A stretch of DNA of 64,000 nt from Thermoanaerobaculia bacterium. GTDB taxonomy: Bacteria; Acidobacteriota; Thermoanaerobaculia; UBA5066. Below the pieces are notes generated by a model. The model saw only the letters and a program-made list of their open reading frames with translations. It made no database searches and was not told the origin of the DNA. Below are positions 62,001 to 64,000 of the stretch, in pieces (positions within the stretch are counted from its first letter, which is position 1; the number at the start of each line of letters is the position of its first letter). Where the stretch lies: assembly GCA_963816185.1 (NCBI GenBank), contig CAWFJJ010000028.1, forward strand, positions 1 through 64,000, read 5' to 3'. The translations under genes and the position numbers were made by a program.

Positions 62001-63040
62001 GCCGAGGTGGAGGTGCCGTTCGAGGCCGGCTACACGCTGACCGTCCGGGTCCTGCGCGACGAGCAGCCCGTCGAGGGCGCGCAGGTCTACGCGAATCCGA
62101 CGGTACGGGAGTCCGCGACGCCGGGGAGCGGCACGACCGACGCGTCGGGCTCCTGCCTTCTGACGGGCCTCAAGGCCGGGACGTACAGTGTCGTGGCGTT
62201 CTCGATGGCGGCATCGAGCGCGGCGCCGGAGCAGAAGATCGACGTGAGCGGCGATCAGTCGCTGGACTTCTTTCTCCCGGCGGGGCGCCTGGCCGGGACA
62301 GTCGTCGGTTCTGGGTCGGGCCAGCCGCTCGCGGACGTCGAGATCGAGACCCGCACGACCGACACGAGCGGGGCGTTCAGCATGACGCACGATGCGAAGA
62401 GCGACAGCGCGGGTCGGTTTCAGCTGACCGGGCTCGAAGCGGGGCCGCTCTCACTCACGGCCCAGAAGAAGGGCTATCTCGTCGAGACGAGGACGGTCTC
62501 GGCGGACACCGGGCAGGATCTCGTGATCGAAATGGTCCGCGGCGACGGACTTGACGTGACCGGGCGCGACGGGCTGCTCGGGACGCCGCTCGGTCCTTCT
62601 ATGCGCGGATCTTCGACGGCGCGGGGTCCGAGCTGTTGGACTCTTACGTGCCGACTCGACAGCGCGGGCGTCGGAGAGATCCCATCACTCAATCCGGGCG
62701 CGTATTCGATCATCGCGAGCTCGAACAGATTCGCGCCCGCGACGTATGACGGCGTGACCGTTCCGGGGCCCGCCCTCGCCGTGACGCTCACGCCCGGTGG
62801 GACGCTGGACATCGATGTCCCGGCCGAACGCCTGAAGGGCGGCCCCATCGCGTGCCGCGTGACGAGTGCGAGCGGTCTGCCGCTCGCGTTCCGCCAGTGG
62901 GGCAGGCGCGGCGACCTGTCGCTCGCCAGCGCGTCGACGCACCTCACGAACTTTCCTTCGGTCTCCGGCACGTCGCGTGTCCTGGCTTCGCGCCGACAGT
63001 GTTTGCGGTCTCGGAAGGCGGCACGGCCCACGTCTTTTGA
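59041..63040 (+). CDS. Large exported protein with repeated carboxypeptidase-regulatory-like domains, multiple frameshifts
   Basis: Signal peptide; repeated G.V.D..G.PV..A.V...TD.DG.F...L.PG.Y units spread over ORFs 57451, 59267, 60663, 61090 and 62852. Confidence 0.75.
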
Positions 63041-63165
63041 GATAGAGATTCTTTCCGCCGCGCGATACGATTCCCGGCAGGGGACCTCCTCGTTCCTATC
63101 GGGGGGATCGTGGGTGGTCGCCATAATTTTCGGACGCGCGTCGTCCAGCGACCGCGGAGGGACTA

Positions 63166-63798
63166 ATCGGGACTCGAATCCTCCTTGCCGACGACCATGA
63201 AGTCGTTCGTCAGGGTGTCCGGGCGCTCCTCGAGAAGGAGGGATACGACGTCGTCGCCGAGGCCGGCGATGGGCGTGACGCGATCCGCCTGGCGCAGGAG
63301 CATCGGCCCGACGTCGCGCTGCTCGACCTGACGATGCCGGTTCTGAACGGGATCGAAGCCGGCCGGGCAATCCACGATGCGTGCCCGGACGTGAGGCTCG
63401 TCGCCCTCACCGAGCACACGGAGGACAGCTTCGTGCTCGACGCGCTCGAGGCCGGGTTTCGCGGCTACGTCTCCAAGCTGCAGGCGGTTACGGAGCTCGT
63501 CCGGGCGCTCGAGGAGGTGAATCGGGGCTCCGTCTTCCTGAGCCCCGGCCTCTCCGACGTCATCGTCGAGAGCTATCTCGGAAAGGTCCAGCCCCCGAAG
63601 GATTCCCTCACGCCGCGCGAAAGGGAAGTGCTGCAGCTCGTCGCGGAAAGCAAGACGACGAAGGACATCGCTCGCGTCCTCGGAATCGGGGTCAAAACGG
63701 TCGAATCGCACCGGACGAGGATCATGGCGAAGCTCGGGATCCACGAGACCGCCGGCCTCGTGAGATACGCGATTCGGCGCGGATTGATCAAAGCCTGA
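63166..63798 (+). CDS. NarL/FixJ family response regulator
   Basis: RILLADDHEVVRQG...LLDLTMP receiver, LTPREREVL...KTVESHR LuxR HTH; apparent ATC start. Confidence 0.9.
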   Translation: MGTRILLADDHEVVRQGVRALLEKEGYDVVAEAGDGRDAIRLAQEHRPDVALLDLTMPVLNGIEAGRAIHDACPDVRLVALTEHTEDSFVLDALEAGFRGYVSKLQAVTELVRALEEVNRGSVFLSPGLSDVIVESYLGKVQPPKDSLTPREREVLQLVAESKTTKDIARVLGIGVKTVESHRTRIMAKLGIHETAGLVRYAIRRGLIKA

Positions 63799-63929
63799 GC
63801 GGACCCTAAGGGATTCTTCGTCTCTAAAGACGGGATTCGCCCCATGTTCGCGCGGCGTTCGAAGGCCTAGGTTTCCTTCGGCACCGGGTGACCCGGATCC
63901 AGCCACTGCCGAACGAAAAGGAGAACCTC

Positions 63930-64000
63930 ATGGAAACTGCGAAAGTCGACATCAGGAAACTTCAGCTTCTCAACGACCGCATCAATCAGTGCATCGATGC
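63930..64000 (+). CDS. Hypothetical protein, truncated by window end (METAKVDIRKLQLLNDRINQCID...)
   Basis: ATG with AAGGAG RBS, open to the window edge. Confidence 0.6.
   Translation, partial: METAKVDIRKLQLLNDRINQCID

Overview
High-GC bacterial chromosomal window of mostly housekeeping genes. Gene content suggests Acidobacteriota (Thermoanaerobaculia-like), which is an inference. Contents in order: lexA, hydrolase, M61 peptidase, PilT-like ATPase, CCA/polyA nucleotidyltransferase, gatCA, amidase, an EamA + Asn-synthetase-like/radical-SAM unit, a GldA/F/G-like ABC system, pentapeptide-repeat and AAA proteins, lipA/lipB with 2-oxoacid dehydrogenase E1a/E1b/E2, an asd-lysC-dapB-dapA-dapD-lysA operon, an acyl-CoA mutase, TPR-(lolB-like)-ispE-tRNA-Gln-prs-rplY-pth-rpsF-rpsR-rplI, a Ser/Thr kinase, PBP1A, uvrB, a large carboxypeptidase-regulatory-domain protein and a NarL regulator. 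Several genes, including essential ones, carry single-base frameshifts that look like assembly errors. The most striking unexplained signal is a dispersed, AT-rich ~23-bp motif (AGAGATTTCTTAGAAGGTGAAGAG). About 40 copies, including degenerate ones, are written into coding and intergenic DNA and occur mostly as forward-then-reverse pairs 30-270 bp apart. Other highlights: a Lys/Thr/Met-rich leader-peptide attenuator ahead of the lysine operon, the amide-ligase/RaSEA-like radical SAM unit, and three apparent non-canonical (ATA/ATT/ATC) start codons. No CRISPR array, rRNA or transposase was seen.
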